In this document: one piece after another, positions 39,639-49,728 of the stretch
Layout: every line of letters begins with the position of its first letter
Position numbering within the stretch: the stretch's first letter is position 1
NCBI GenBank assembly: GCA_963705255.1
Contig: OY970061.1
Location: forward strand, 2,464,001-2,528,000
Reading direction: 5' to 3'
Source of the DNA: an uncultured Methanoregulaceae archaeon
Lineage (GTDB): Archaea > Halobacteriota > Methanomicrobia > Methanomicrobiales > Methanospirillaceae
Length of the DNA: 64,000 bases
Notes under the pieces: generated by a model
Seen by the model: the letters and a program-made list of their open reading frames with translations, nothing else
Databases searched by the model: none
Told to the model about the DNA's origin: nothing
Made by a program: the position numbers and the translations under genes

Positions 39639-40274
39639 TTAGTTCCCTTTCCTGTTTATCAGGAACGGCAGGAGCATAACGATGGCGATAATCACAAAGA
39701 CCTGCAGGAAAAAATACAGGAGTTCTTCATGACTCTGGTCATAGAACCTGAGGTCAAACGAAAGGATTTTATTCCATTGCACGGTTGTGGAATTATCCGG
39801 GTGCCGGGTGACGTTTGCCCCCGTGCTGATTCCTGCCAGCAGAGGGTTACGGATATCGAATTCCTGAGGTATCGTTACATTCACGTTGTATGGCACTTCA
39901 AAGGAAGCCTGGAGATCATTATTTTGCAGAGGTGCGATGTATGAAACGGTATAATTCCCCTGTTCAAAGGTGATGGATGCGGGACTCCCCCAAGGTCGGT
40001 TCCAAGCGTATGTACAGACTGAACAGTTCTCACCTGACAAATTCACGTTCCCTACATTGACAGGGACATTTTCACCCATGAGCCCAATACTTGCGAACTG
40101 GTAACTGGCGGTATCGTTAATCTCAATCGCCGCCTGGTAAGCGGTACCATTGGGCAAAACCACGTAGTCTGCTGACAACGCCCCTGCTGACGGGATTATA
40201 GCAAGTGCGATTACAACTGCAGTGCAGAGAGCAGCGAAGGTATGTCTGCATCGATCTCTGTCGGAGGCTCGCAT
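39639..40274 (-). CDS. Hypothetical membrane-anchored secreted protein (DUF5803-like)
   Basis: Signal peptide, NPLLAGIS.G and a C-terminal TM helix; start uncertain. Confidence 0.65.
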   Translation of the reverse strand: MRASDRDRCRHTFAALCTAVVIALAIIPSAGALSADYVVLPNGTAYQAAIEINDTASYQFASIGLMGENVPVNVGNVNLSGENCSVCTYAWNRPWGSPASITFEQGNYTVSYIAPLQNNDLQASFEVPYNVNVTIPQEFDIRNPLLAGISTGANVTRHPDNSTTVQWNKILSFDLRFYDQSHEELLYFFLQVFVIIAIVMLLPFLINRKGN

Positions 40275-41416
40275 TGTTTGATCACCGTTTCAGGATCTTT
40301 CAGGAGATGGCCGGTGACTACGCAGACTATCCGCTCGTCCCGATCAATCATGCCGGATTCAGCCAGTTTCCGTATACCCGCTACGGAGGCGGCAGATGCC
40401 GGTTCGACACCGATGCCCTCCTTGCGTGCAAGGTCCCGCTGCATTCGCAGGATCTCTTCATCGGTTACCGATTCTGCAAGCCCACCGGTATTCCTGATAG
40501 CCGTGAGGGCTTTTTCCGCATTCACCGGTGCTCCGATGCGTATTGCCGTTGCTACGGTCTCAGGATGCGGTTCAGGCACCACTACAGAAAGGTTTTCACG
40601 GATTGCACGGACGATGGGGCTTGAGCCCAGTGCCTGGATGCCGGTCATCATAGGCAACCGGTCAATGAAATCAAGTTCCTTCAGTTCCATCAGTCCCTTA
40701 TAGACTGCCGAGATATTGCCTGCATTCCCCACAGGAAGTACAAACCGGTCCGGCACATCCCCCAGCTGGTCGATGGCCTCGAAACCGATAGTCTTCTGCC
40801 CCTCGAGCCGGTACGGGTTGATGGAGTTCAGCAGGTAGAGGCCGTGTGATAGGCAGAGATCGTGCGCCATCTCGAGAGCACGATCAAAGTTGCCACGGAT
40901 TGAGATGACTTTTGCGCCGTGCATGAGTGCCTGCGCTACCTTACCCACAGCAACTTTCCCTGCAGGTAAAAGGACGACGGCAGGGATGCCGGCTTTTGCC
41001 GCGTATACCGCAAGGCTTGCCGATGTATTTCCGGTACTTGCACATGCGACACTCTTTTTCCCGAGCTGGAGTGCCATTGATACTCCCACCGTCATGCCCC
41101 TGTCCTTGAATGAACCGGACGGGTTCATCCCCTCATGTTTCGCGTACAAATGGGGAATTTCCATCTCCCTCCCAAGTCTTTCGAGATGGTAGAGTGGAGT
41201 GCCCCCCTCGTGCAGCGTAACCGGATTTATACGAACCGGCAGCAGTTCCCGGTATCTCCAGACGGAGAGTGGCCGCTTGTTCCATTCTTTTTTATTAATA
41301 TTGAGTTCATCGATCGGATATTTCACAGCAAGAAGGTGGCCACATTTTTTACAGTTATACAGGATCTCGTCAGCGGGATAGGTTACTCCACAATTGACGC
41401 ATGCGAGATGATACAT
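40211..41416 (-). CDS. thrC: Threonine synthase
   Basis: NPSGSFKDRG, CASTGNTS, NSINPYR.EGQKT and PVGNAGN. Confidence 0.95.
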   Translation of the reverse strand: MYHLACVNCGVTYPADEILYNCKKCGHLLAVKYPIDELNINKKEWNKRPLSVWRYRELLPVRINPVTLHEGGTPLYHLERLGREMEIPHLYAKHEGMNPSGSFKDRGMTVGVSMALQLGKKSVACASTGNTSASLAVYAAKAGIPAVVLLPAGKVAVGKVAQALMHGAKVISIRGNFDRALEMAHDLCLSHGLYLLNSINPYRLEGQKTIGFEAIDQLGDVPDRFVLPVGNAGNISAVYKGLMELKELDFIDRLPMMTGIQALGSSPIVRAIRENLSVVVPEPHPETVATAIRIGAPVNAEKALTAIRNTGGLAESVTDEEILRMQRDLARKEGIGVEPASAASVAGIRKLAESGMIDRDERIVCVVTGHLLKDPETVIKQCEPPTEIDADIPSLLSALQL

Positions 41417-41519
41417 GCAGTAGTATTGGTCTTTTCATTACATATAGGAATGCAGCTTTCCGGCATGGTGCCAGACTCGTCAGAATTGTTTATTCCTTTA
41501 AACGACTGTATCGGATATT

Positions 41520-42323
41520 CTATATGGACAACCTGCGATAGATCTCATCTTTCCGGTCCTTTTGGGCGGGAAAAGATTGTCTGGCAGTCTCAACAGCAGA
41601 CACGTCAAGATCGCAAAAGAGCAGCTGTTCTGCATCGTTTGCACGGCCGATTATCGTCCCATCCGGGTCTGCAGTCATTGAAGATCCAGAGTATGAATCA
41701 ACCGGTGTTGTGCCGGTTGTATTTATACCAACAACATACATCTGGTTCTCGAGTGCCCGTGCTTTGATGAACAATTCCCAGTGATGAATGCGGTTTTCCG
41801 GCCATGCAGCAGGAACAAGAACCGCATGAACGCCTTTTTTTGCATAGAGTCTGAACAGGTCCGGGAACCGCAGGTCATAACAGATGGCAATCCCAAACGT
41901 GAGTGAGCCCAGCGTGAACATGCCCAACTCGGTACCTGGGGCAAACCTGGTATGTTCATTCCTGTGACTGAACAGGTGCATCTTTGCATATGATGCGATG
42001 ATCCTGCCGTCCCTGTCGATAGCGACTGCAGTATTTTTTGGAAACGGATCATGTTGCTCGCGAAGCGAACCCAGAACGCCGATCTCGTTCTCTTTGGCAT
42101 AATCCCTGAGAGAGGATATAATATTCCCGTTGAGCGCCTCTGAATTTTTATTCGATTCCGGGTCCCAGCCGGTTGCGAACTGTTCAGGAAAACAGATGAG
42201 TGCAGCGCCGGAAACTGAGGCATGCCTGATGAATACTTCAGCTTTTTTTAACGTTTTTTCCGGGTCTTCCCATATGCCCGCGATCTGTGCACTGCATATC
42301 CTGACAACAGGGTCTTTTTCCAT
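41520..42323 (-). CDS. Carbon-nitrogen hydrolase (nitrilase family)
   Basis: FPE, YAKMHLF, ICYDLRFP and ARALEN. Confidence 0.92.
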   Translation of the reverse strand: MEKDPVVRICSAQIAGIWEDPEKTLKKAEVFIRHASVSGAALICFPEQFATGWDPESNKNSEALNGNIISSLRDYAKENEIGVLGSLREQHDPFPKNTAVAIDRDGRIIASYAKMHLFSHRNEHTRFAPGTELGMFTLGSLTFGIAICYDLRFPDLFRLYAKKGVHAVLVPAAWPENRIHHWELFIKARALENQMYVVGINTTGTTPVDSYSGSSMTADPDGTIIGRANDAEQLLFCDLDVSAVETARQSFPAQKDRKDEIYRRLSI

Positions 42324-42335
42324 AAAGAGGCCTTT

Positions 42336-42536
42336 TCAGGTCGGCGGGGGGTTTTTGGGAGTGCTGACGACGATCATGATGGCACTCATCACGATCAGGA
42401 CGGCAGTTGTGAAAAGGAGAAAGGGAGCCATACGGATGGTAATCCCCAAGAGCAATGCCGCCATGATGGTGCCAGCAGCAGTAATACTGCTCCCGATAAG
42501 TACCAATCCGACCGATGTTAAGTCCCAGTCACTCAT
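42336..42536 (-). CDS. Small two-TM hypothetical protein
   Basis: Fills the gap between operonic genes; hydrophobic. Confidence 0.6.
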   Translation of the reverse strand: MSDWDLTSVGLVLIGSSITAAGTIMAALLLGITIRMAPFLLFTTAVLIVMSAIMIVVSTPKNPPPT

Positions 42537-42538
42537 GT

Positions 42539-43189
42539 TTAGCCTCCGCTGATCAGGGGAAATGCCATTTTGATGCCGTTAATGACAAACTGCACGGCAA
42601 TGGCGATGAGCAACATACCCATCAGGCGGTTGATTGCCCGGTATTCCCTCTGGCCAATTCTTTTCATGATATAATCTGAATTCCTCATCATATAATAGGT
42701 GATCGCGATCGAGATCCCGATGGATAAGAACACAACGCCAATGGCAACTGGCGTGAAGACGATTGCCTCGTTCATCAGCACAATTGTCGTGGTTATCGCC
42801 CCCGGCCCCGCTATCATCGGGATAGCGAGAGGCATGATCGCGACATCATCGTTGTCTCTCGATTCATACCTCTCTGTTGCCGTAAGTTTGGTACGGGATG
42901 TTTTTGCATACACCATCTCCATCCCGATGCCAAAAAGCAGGATCCCCCCGGCAATCCGGAATGCCTCAAGGGTTATCCCGAAAAGCTGGAGAATCCAGGT
43001 GCCAAGGACTGCGACGAAAAGCAAGATCAGGAGTGCAAACCGGCATGATTCCTTTGCGATGACCTCCCGTGCGGGCTTGTCGAGATTTGATGTCAGAGAA
43101 ACATAGATGAGGGTCGAGCTGAGTGGATTAACGATAATAAGCATCGAAGAGAGCGACAACAGTATAAAACTGACAAAGTCCTCTGCCAT
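42539..43189 (-). CDS. MarC-family membrane protein
   Basis: NP, FRIAGGILLF, PLAIPMIAGPG and RLMG. Confidence 0.92.
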   Translation of the reverse strand: MAEDFVSFILLSLSSMLIIVNPLSSTLIYVSLTSNLDKPAREVIAKESCRFALLILLFVAVLGTWILQLFGITLEAFRIAGGILLFGIGMEMVYAKTSRTKLTATERYESRDNDDVAIMPLAIPMIAGPGAITTTIVLMNEAIVFTPVAIGVVFLSIGISIAITYYMMRNSDYIMKRIGQREYRAINRLMGMLLIAIAVQFVINGIKMAFPLISGG

Positions 43190-43245
43190 TAAGGATAGTG
43201 CAGCGTTAAAGGATAATAGAGATTATGGTGGAAAAAGAATCCGGG

Positions 43246-43698
43246 TTAGTATTCATACAACACGGACTCATCAATCCGGGTGTAGGTGAATACTTCGTTG
43301 GTTTTGAAATGGATGCCGATCTCCCGGGCTGCGCTTTCAGGGGAATCGGACGCATGAATCACGTTCCTACCGATATCAATGCCGAAGTCGCCACGGATCG
43401 TGCCGGGTGCTGCTTCCTGGGGGTTCGTGGAACCGATCACCTTGCGGACGATCGCAACCACGTTCCTGCCTTCCCAGACCATGAGGAAGCAGGGACCTCC
43501 CATGATATACTGCTTCAGCGACGGGAAGAACGGTTTTGAAAGGTGCTCCCTGTACTGTTCGGTCACCCGCGGCTCCGGTAATCTTTCGAACCGTGCTGCG
43601 ATGAGCTTGAGCCCTTTTGCCTCGAGCCGGGAAACAATCTCGCCCACAAGACCGCGCTGGACCCCGTCTGGCTTGACCATTACAAAGGTGCGGTCCAT
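43246..43698 (-). CDS. ndk: Nucleoside diphosphate kinase
   Basis: [22 protein letters not shown] and NVIHASDS. Confidence 0.97.
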   Translation of the reverse strand: MDRTFVMVKPDGVQRGLVGEIVSRLEAKGLKLIAARFERLPEPRVTEQYREHLSKPFFPSLKQYIMGGPCFLMVWEGRNVVAIVRKVIGSTNPQEAAPGTIRGDFGIDIGRNVIHASDSPESAAREIGIHFKTNEVFTYTRIDESVLYEY

Positions 43699-43705
43699 GG
43701 CAGGA

Positions 43706-43897
43706 TCACTCCTTGTTTGCCGCTTTCCTGCCGGCGTTCGTCCACTGGACACGGCGCGGTACACGGCCGAGCTTGTGATTGTTCTGGCACTTTGTGCTGC
43801 AGAAGTAGAAGATGGTACCGTCTTTCTTCACGAACATCTTGCCGGTGCCGGGCTCGAGCTGGCTTCCACAGAAACTGCAGACATGTTGTTCTACCAT
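43706..43897 (-). CDS. rpl24e: 50S ribosomal protein L24e
   Basis: CSFCG..EPGTG.MFV.KDG...FCS.KC. Confidence 0.95.
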   Translation of the reverse strand: MVEQHVCSFCGSQLEPGTGKMFVKKDGTIFYFCSTKCQNNHKLGRVPRRVQWTNAGRKAANKE

Positions 43898-43900
43898 CCT

Positions 43901-44110
43901 TTACCGCCTCGAAAGTTTCTTTGCCTCACGCTCGGTTTCAAGAAGCATGACGATATCTCCTTCACGGATCGGGCCTACCGTGTTGCGGGTAATGATCCGT
44001 CCTTTGTTGCTGCCGTCAAGGATGCGGCATTTTACCTGCATTGCCTCTCCATGCATACCGGTTGAGCCAACAACCTCGATTACTTCCGCTGGCGTTGCAT
44101 CATCTGCCAT
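43901..44110 (-). CDS. rps28e: 30S ribosomal protein S28e
   Basis: AEVIEV.G.TG..GE..QVKC and GP.REGD..L.ETEREA. Confidence 0.96.
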   Translation of the reverse strand: MADDATPAEVIEVVGSTGMHGEAMQVKCRILDGSNKGRIITRNTVGPIREGDIVMLLETEREAKKLSRR

Positions 44111-44119
44111 GATGAAACC

Positions 44120-44488
44120 TCACGCCTTCAGCGCGACAAGCTGCTTGGCAAGATCATCGATCGATTCTTTTGCTTTGCCGGGCTTGACAATTGCAGCTGC
44201 GGCTGAGCCGACGTCAAGGCCGCTTGCGGCGCCGATGTCGTTCTGCTTGTTGATGAAGATATACGGGACCTTCTTCTCTTCGCAGAGCGGTCCAAGGTGC
44301 ATCACAATCTCTTCGGGTTCTACATCGGCACCGATCAGCACAAGCGCTGCAATACTGCGCTCAATGGCTTTTGTTGCTTCGTTGGAACCTTTCTTGATCT
44401 TGCCGGTATCTCTTGCAACTTCAAGGGCTTCGAGTGCCTTGTTCTGGAGCTCCTCTGGAGCCTGGATTTTTACGTAACCTTTTGCCAT
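44120..44488 (-). CDS. rpl7ae: 50S ribosomal protein L7Ae
   Basis: [15 protein letters not shown] and DV.PEEIV.HL..LCEEK. Confidence 0.96.
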   Translation of the reverse strand: MAKGYVKIQAPEELQNKALEALEVARDTGKIKKGSNEATKAIERSIAALVLIGADVEPEEIVMHLGPLCEEKKVPYIFINKQNDIGAASGLDVGSAAAAIVKPGKAKESIDDLAKQLVALKA

Positions 44489-44645
44489 AACTCACCTCAT
44501 TCAGGAGTAGAATGCTCCTTCATTACTCATCAGTCAGCAATGATGTAGCCATATCAATTCGACAGGAACGGAAATAAATGTTTGTGAATGGGGGCGGTGA
44601 TCGTCAAGGGCCGTCAGGCCCTGCCCGGGAAATTCGAAGGGAAGT

Positions 44646-46682
44646 TCAGCCTGCAAGCCGGTAGATATCCGTGTTGTCTGCCGAATAAATATTCACAAGA
44701 CCAGTTTGGGGAAGACTGACATTGTATTGTTCGCGCTCCGGATCACCGACATAGAGCAGGGTGGCATTGTATTTTTTCATGAGCTGGACAGTCTCGTTAG
44801 ACTGTTCGTAGATTGCCTTCACGTCGTCTTCCCTGATACTCAGCCAGCTAGTATCAACACCTCTCCACATGAATTCATGGAACGGCTGCCCGATGATGGT
44901 GGGAATTCCCGTAAATGACGAGATCCGCGAGTAGTATGAATAATCTCCCTCTTCAGCTTCAACGATGCGTTCGTCCCCGGGCAGTGCCCTTAGGTACGCG
45001 ACTCCTCCTGCATCCCCGGGATGAGTGACTGAGAGATATGCAAGTCCGTCAAGGGTCCCGGTCCCATATCCTGCGTTATACTGGATCACAAATGGCAGTG
45101 CAAACAGGATCAAGATAACTGTGAAGGTCATAACGGCGGTTTTGCGGGAAGAAAAAACAGGAATCTTTTTCCAGTCCGCTGCTTTTTGCGCTACCAACTG
45201 GAAACTGGAGAGGCCCAGCATCAGCCACGCGGGAAGGTAACACTTGAAGACAGTATTCATCCGGAAATACGTGTCCCCCATATTGTCCTTAAGGTAGACC
45301 AGCTCGCAGAGGATGATAATTACAAGGCCTGCCATTGCGAGTATACCGGAGAAATCCTGCTCTTTACGGGCAAGTAAATAGACAAGGGGAATCACTGCAA
45401 CTGCTGCGGCAAGGTAACCCGTGATGACAAACGGGACAACCACGAGAAGGAAGATCGGGCGGTTGATGATATCACGGTGAAGGACTGCTACAAAGATGGC
45501 AATGAACAGGCCGTTGACCAGCAGAAATTCGGGGACACTGGATGATAATGAGGCAGGCACAATCCCGATCCCCCCGGTATTGGTCTGCAGCTCAAGGTAG
45601 AACGGTAGATAGCACAGGATGGCAAGGGGAGGGACCACGCAAAGATAGAGCCATGACGTGATGCTGCGAAGGGAGGACCTGTTCCTCCAGAGAATCAACA
45701 GACCGAAGAGCAGGGTTATGGGCGAGTAAATTAACACGTCCCATGTATTGATCAGCGGCATTGATCCGAGACTCAATGCAGACAAGATGCAGATGAGCCA
45801 TTTTCCCCGCGAATCGAGAGATTCCCACCGTTTGTATGCGAAAAGGAGCAGGAATATCAGGGAGACCTGGTTGAAGATGGAGACAACATGGGCGTGGACA
45901 TCCCCCCAGATGAATGAGAAGAACGGGTATTCGTTGATCGTATTTGCAATTGTCCGGGTACTGTCCCATAGGATGGAAGTCAGGGGCTCACCGAGTGCCA
46001 GGTTGTAAAAGAAAGAAGGATTCGGCAGGAAGAATATAAGCAGCGTAACCCACCGAAACCGCTCGAGCAGCAGGGTTCCTATCGCGTATGTGACTACTCC
46101 GGCAAGAGCAAAGACTGTCGGTAAAGCCAGGTTGAACGCAACATTCGACGGGACACCACTGGTAATCGCCAGGCACCCGAACATCCAGTACCCGAGATAA
46201 TAATATACATTAAGGGTACCTCCTGAAAACCAGGGATCGAGCGGAGGTACAACCGGGTTTCGTATCACGGATGCAAGAAACCCGTGGTCCATGAATTTCT
46301 CAGCGTACGAGATGGTTGGGTTTACAAACCTCACATCCAGCATGAGGAAGAAGAGGATAAGGAAGAGTGCCACCCAGTGCCATTCACCTTTCAGTTCCTT
46401 GATCCGGTAGTTGCGATGGAGGAGATGCCAGACAATGAGAGCAAGGAATGGCACAATTGCTACCTGAACGGGAATTCTGGCAAGGCCGCAGTACCATGAT
46501 ACAATGGTGAATGCGAGCACCGATACCGGAAACGCGATGGGAAATGAAAACGCGCCAAACGTCTTTTTCAATGAAGGGTACACGGAAAGCTGTAACAGGA
46601 AGAGGACAACCAGCCAGCTGGCAACGGAAAATATCTGCTGTTCAGGAGTCAGGTTCTTTCCCCCCTCCGAATTTTTCAGCAA
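44646..46682 (-). CDS. DUF2298 (Chlor_Arch_YYY) integral membrane protein
   Basis: EKFMD, PPLDPWFSG, YYYLG, INEYP.FSF..GD.HAH, NTWD and RMNTVFK. Confidence 0.85.
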   Translation of the reverse strand: MLKNSEGGKNLTPEQQIFSVASWLVVLFLLQLSVYPSLKKTFGAFSFPIAFPVSVLAFTIVSWYCGLARIPVQVAIVPFLALIVWHLLHRNYRIKELKGEWHWVALFLILFFLMLDVRFVNPTISYAEKFMDHGFLASVIRNPVVPPLDPWFSGGTLNVYYYLGYWMFGCLAITSGVPSNVAFNLALPTVFALAGVVTYAIGTLLLERFRWVTLLIFFLPNPSFFYNLALGEPLTSILWDSTRTIANTINEYPFFSFIWGDVHAHVVSIFNQVSLIFLLLFAYKRWESLDSRGKWLICILSALSLGSMPLINTWDVLIYSPITLLFGLLILWRNRSSLRSITSWLYLCVVPPLAILCYLPFYLELQTNTGGIGIVPASLSSSVPEFLLVNGLFIAIFVAVLHRDIINRPIFLLVVVPFVITGYLAAAVAVIPLVYLLARKEQDFSGILAMAGLVIIILCELVYLKDNMGDTYFRMNTVFKCYLPAWLMLGLSSFQLVAQKAADWKKIPVFSSRKTAVMTFTVILILFALPFVIQYNAGYGTGTLDGLAYLSVTHPGDAGGVAYLRALPGDERIVEAEEGDYSYYSRISSFTGIPTIIGQPFHEFMWRGVDTSWLSIREDDVKAIYEQSNETVQLMKKYNATLLYVGDPEREQYNVSLPQTGLVNIYSADNTDIYRLAG

Positions 46683-47613
46683 GCGCCTCTTTTATGCTGG
46701 GAACCACCCAGTCCCCGAAATAGTAAATCGATATGACTCCTCCGACAAGGGTAACAAGGTTTTTGACAAGGTGATCAATCACTGCGATCAGGGTGGCAAT
46801 TGCCGGGGCAACACCGGCGAGCTCGAAGGTTATTGCTAGGAAGAGCTCATAGGTGCCGATGCCCCCCGGTGTAAATGGGACTGCCTTGAAGAGATTTCCG
46901 ATGACGACGGCAAGAACGATGACTGCAAACGGGATCTTCTGTTCAAACATCATCACGACAGCAACACATGCCAGGATGTCCAGCAGCCAGACCCCCGCAG
47001 ATGATATTCCCAACAGCGCGAGGGATCGCGGGCTGAGTGACGCACGCTTTATTTCGTGAAGCATGTTGAGAATAATGACGAGATATTTATTGCGGGATGA
47101 GAACTTTCCGATAACCAGGAGAACTCCCAAAAATATCACTCCCGCCGCCAGAGGTACGATAATAAGTGTTGTAAACCAGGACGGTGCGTTGAGGACAAAA
47201 AACAGTGAGATCGCACCAAGAAATGCTACGGTAACGACATCAAAGACCCGTTCAACGACAAGGGATGATACACCCTCCGAGTACGTAGTGTTGTATTCGT
47301 GCTTAAGGATGAAGACCCGTACGAAATCCCCCAGCCTGGCCGGGACAACGAGATTGACGGTCTGGCTGACGAAAATGCAGGCAGTTGAGACCTTCACACT
47401 CACTGAGTAATTGAGGCTTTTGAGGATCGTATGATAGCGCCAGCCGCGGAGCCACCAGGCACAGAGACAGATCCCAACTCCAACAACGAGGTATTCCGGG
47501 ATGATATTCTGGAGTGCGACGAGGAGCTGGTCCCTGACGCTATACAGCATATACCCTATTATACCGACGGCTATCAGTGTTGGGACAACAATTGCGCTAA
47601 TCTTTCGATACAT
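46642..47613 (-). CDS. Flippase-like / lysylphosphatidylglycerol synthase TM-domain protein
   Basis: R.WR, PARLGD..R, ERVFD and P.TPGGIG.YE. Confidence 0.85.
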   Translation of the reverse strand: MYRKISAIVVPTLIAVGIIGYMLYSVRDQLLVALQNIIPEYLVVGVGICLCAWWLRGWRYHTILKSLNYSVSVKVSTACIFVSQTVNLVVPARLGDFVRVFILKHEYNTTYSEGVSSLVVERVFDVVTVAFLGAISLFFVLNAPSWFTTLIIVPLAAGVIFLGVLLVIGKFSSRNKYLVIILNMLHEIKRASLSPRSLALLGISSAGVWLLDILACVAVVMMFEQKIPFAVIVLAVVIGNLFKAVPFTPGGIGTYELFLAITFELAGVAPAIATLIAVIDHLVKNLVTLVGGVISIYYFGDWVVPSIKEALAEKFGGGKEPDS

Positions 47614-48313
47614 GGATCTGCCACCAGAGTCTCATGACTGCCGAACCCATTTCAAATACATCTCTTGGTCTGACCGTCGTTCCTTTTCCCGCACGCCATT
47701 GCACAGGAAATTCCCGGACACTGTAGCCTTTTTTCTGGGCCCGGACAAGAATCTCCGTATCCCAGAACCAATGGTTATCGCGTATAGCGGGGAGAATGGG
47801 GAGAATACGTTCACGGTTAAACGCCTTAAAGCCGCACTGGTGATCAAAAACCCTGCTCCCAAGCAGGCTACGTACTAGGAAATTATAGGACCTGCTGGCA
47901 ACTTCCCTTCCCCCGCTTCGGACAATATCGCTATCCGGCATGAGCCGAGACCCTGTGGAAATATCATATCCATGGCGGATAGCGTCGATCAGTTCCGGCA
48001 GGTGATGCATGTCAGTTGCGAGATCAACGTCATAATAACATATGATACTCCCCCGCGCATCGCGGATAGCCCTGTTCAATGCCCGTCCCCTTCCTTGTCT
48101 TTCATCACTATGAAGGAGATGTATCCTGGGATCCTGCCTTTTGTATTCAGTAACAAGTTCTGCACTGCCATCGGAGCTTCCATCTTCAGCAATAAGTATC
48201 TCGAACGACAGGGTGATTTCCGAAAGGGATTTTATTGAAGCCGGGATGGCAATTTCCAACGATTTCCGGTCATTAAAAACCGGAATAATCGCTGTTACCT
48301 CAGTTCCTGTCAT
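47597..48313 (-). CDS. GT2 glycosyltransferase (dolichyl-phosphate hexose transferase-like)
   Basis: IIPVFN, EDGSSDG, DVD, GSR, D.QCGFKAF and WFWDTE. Confidence 0.92.
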   Translation of the reverse strand: MTGTEVTAIIPVFNDRKSLEIAIPASIKSLSEITLSFEILIAEDGSSDGSAELVTEYKRQDPRIHLLHSDERQGRGRALNRAIRDARGSIICYYDVDLATDMHHLPELIDAIRHGYDISTGSRLMPDSDIVRSGGREVASRSYNFLVRSLLGSRVFDHQCGFKAFNRERILPILPAIRDNHWFWDTEILVRAQKKGYSVREFPVQWRAGKGTTVRPRDVFEMGSAVMRLWWQIHVSKD

Positions 48314-49538
48314 GGACGCTCCGCTGCCTGATCGTTTCAGCAACTTCCAACCCGGCCCTTACGGATCCCTCCATACTTCGCTCGGGATAATTCGTTGCTG
48401 AAAACATCCCCGCTGAATACATGCCCGCATTTTCGTAACCCTGGATGAGTGACCGGTACCCCGTGGTATAGACCGGACCAGCCCAAGGATCTACGGCCAT
48501 CCTGTGCCAGTGGATCTCGTGTCCGGCTACAGAAAAACGCCGGCAAAAGTCCAGAAGCATTCTCTCATCCAGCTGAGGGGGTACGAGTCCAGAGAAGTAT
48601 GATGCAAGATAGATAAGATGCTCACCGTATCGTTCCCTGGGAATGAAATTGGTATGAGTGACGACTGCACCATAGGGTGCAGGATCTTTCATATTCAGCC
48701 AGTAGATGCCATCGGTAACCTCTCTGTCCATGGCAAGAGTCATGCAGGCGGCACCTTGGTAGGGGATGTGAGGAGTTGCAGGTCCCCCGAGCCGCTCCAG
48801 TTCCTGCGGAGGAATTGTGGAAACCGCTGCATCATACCGGGTTCCGTTCATATGCCACGAATTTCCTGTATGGGTCAGATTACTGACAGGCTCCTGCTTG
48901 TGAATTCTTCCACCTTTGTCAGCAATCGCGGATTCCAGTGCTCCGATCACTTGGTGAAATCCCCCTTTGAGATATCCGAGCCGCTCCCCTGAAACACTTC
49001 GATTAGAACGGATAGCAATGCGGCTGAAAAGCCATGCAGCGGAGACTTCTTTCCTCTGTTCACCGAATTTACTTTTCAGGAGGGGTTCAAAAAAAGAGGA
49101 ATAAATATTCGTACCTAGGTTTTCAATGATGTACTGGTCTGCAGGGATATCGTCGAGAGTGCGGAGATCCTTTTTCTTTGCTCTGATAGTAAGCCAGGCA
49201 AGTTTTGCCTTATCGATGATAGTGAGTTCCGGATACTTGAGGATCTCCAGGGGTGTGTTCAGGGGAAAAATTCTGGATTGTGCGAAATATCCCGTCGTAC
49301 CCGTCCACCATTCCAGTTTATCGAAAAGGCCTATTTTTTCAAGGAGTGAAAAGAGTGCCGAATCTCCTGAAAAACAATGGTGATAGTATCGCTCGATCCA
49401 ATAATCCTTCATATTGTATGATGAGAGACAACCCCCGAGATGAGGCATTTTTTCAAAGAGATCAATCTCATGCTCTCCCGCAAGTGCATGCGCTGCGACA
49501 AGACCGGTCAATCCCCCTCCGATAATTCCTATCTTCAT
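48300..49538 (-). CDS. FAD-dependent oxidoreductase (amine oxidase/protoporphyrinogen oxidase-like)
   Basis: IGIIGGGLTGL, ERYYHH, LGYLKGG and YPERSMEG. Confidence 0.88.
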   Translation of the reverse strand: MKIGIIGGGLTGLVAAHALAGEHEIDLFEKMPHLGGCLSSYNMKDYWIERYYHHCFSGDSALFSLLEKIGLFDKLEWWTGTTGYFAQSRIFPLNTPLEILKYPELTIIDKAKLAWLTIRAKKKDLRTLDDIPADQYIIENLGTNIYSSFFEPLLKSKFGEQRKEVSAAWLFSRIAIRSNRSVSGERLGYLKGGFHQVIGALESAIADKGGRIHKQEPVSNLTHTGNSWHMNGTRYDAAVSTIPPQELERLGGPATPHIPYQGAACMTLAMDREVTDGIYWLNMKDPAPYGAVVTHTNFIPRERYGEHLIYLASYFSGLVPPQLDERMLLDFCRRFSVAGHEIHWHRMAVDPWAGPVYTTGYRSLIQGYENAGMYSAGMFSATNYPERSMEGSVRAGLEVAETIRQRSVHDRN

Positions 49539-49728
49539 AGTGATGATCTATAGTACTTTTCAGAGCGAAATGAAAAAGGCTCCGGAAAAAAAGCCGGAAT
49601 TATGTATGCCACCTCGGAGATATTATAAGAAAGTTTTTGTATTGCCGAGATAAAGGTTCATATCAGCAAAAGGACTTAAAAGAATTAAAATAAATAATTA
49701 TCTGTTACCCATTGGATGGTGTCACCGG

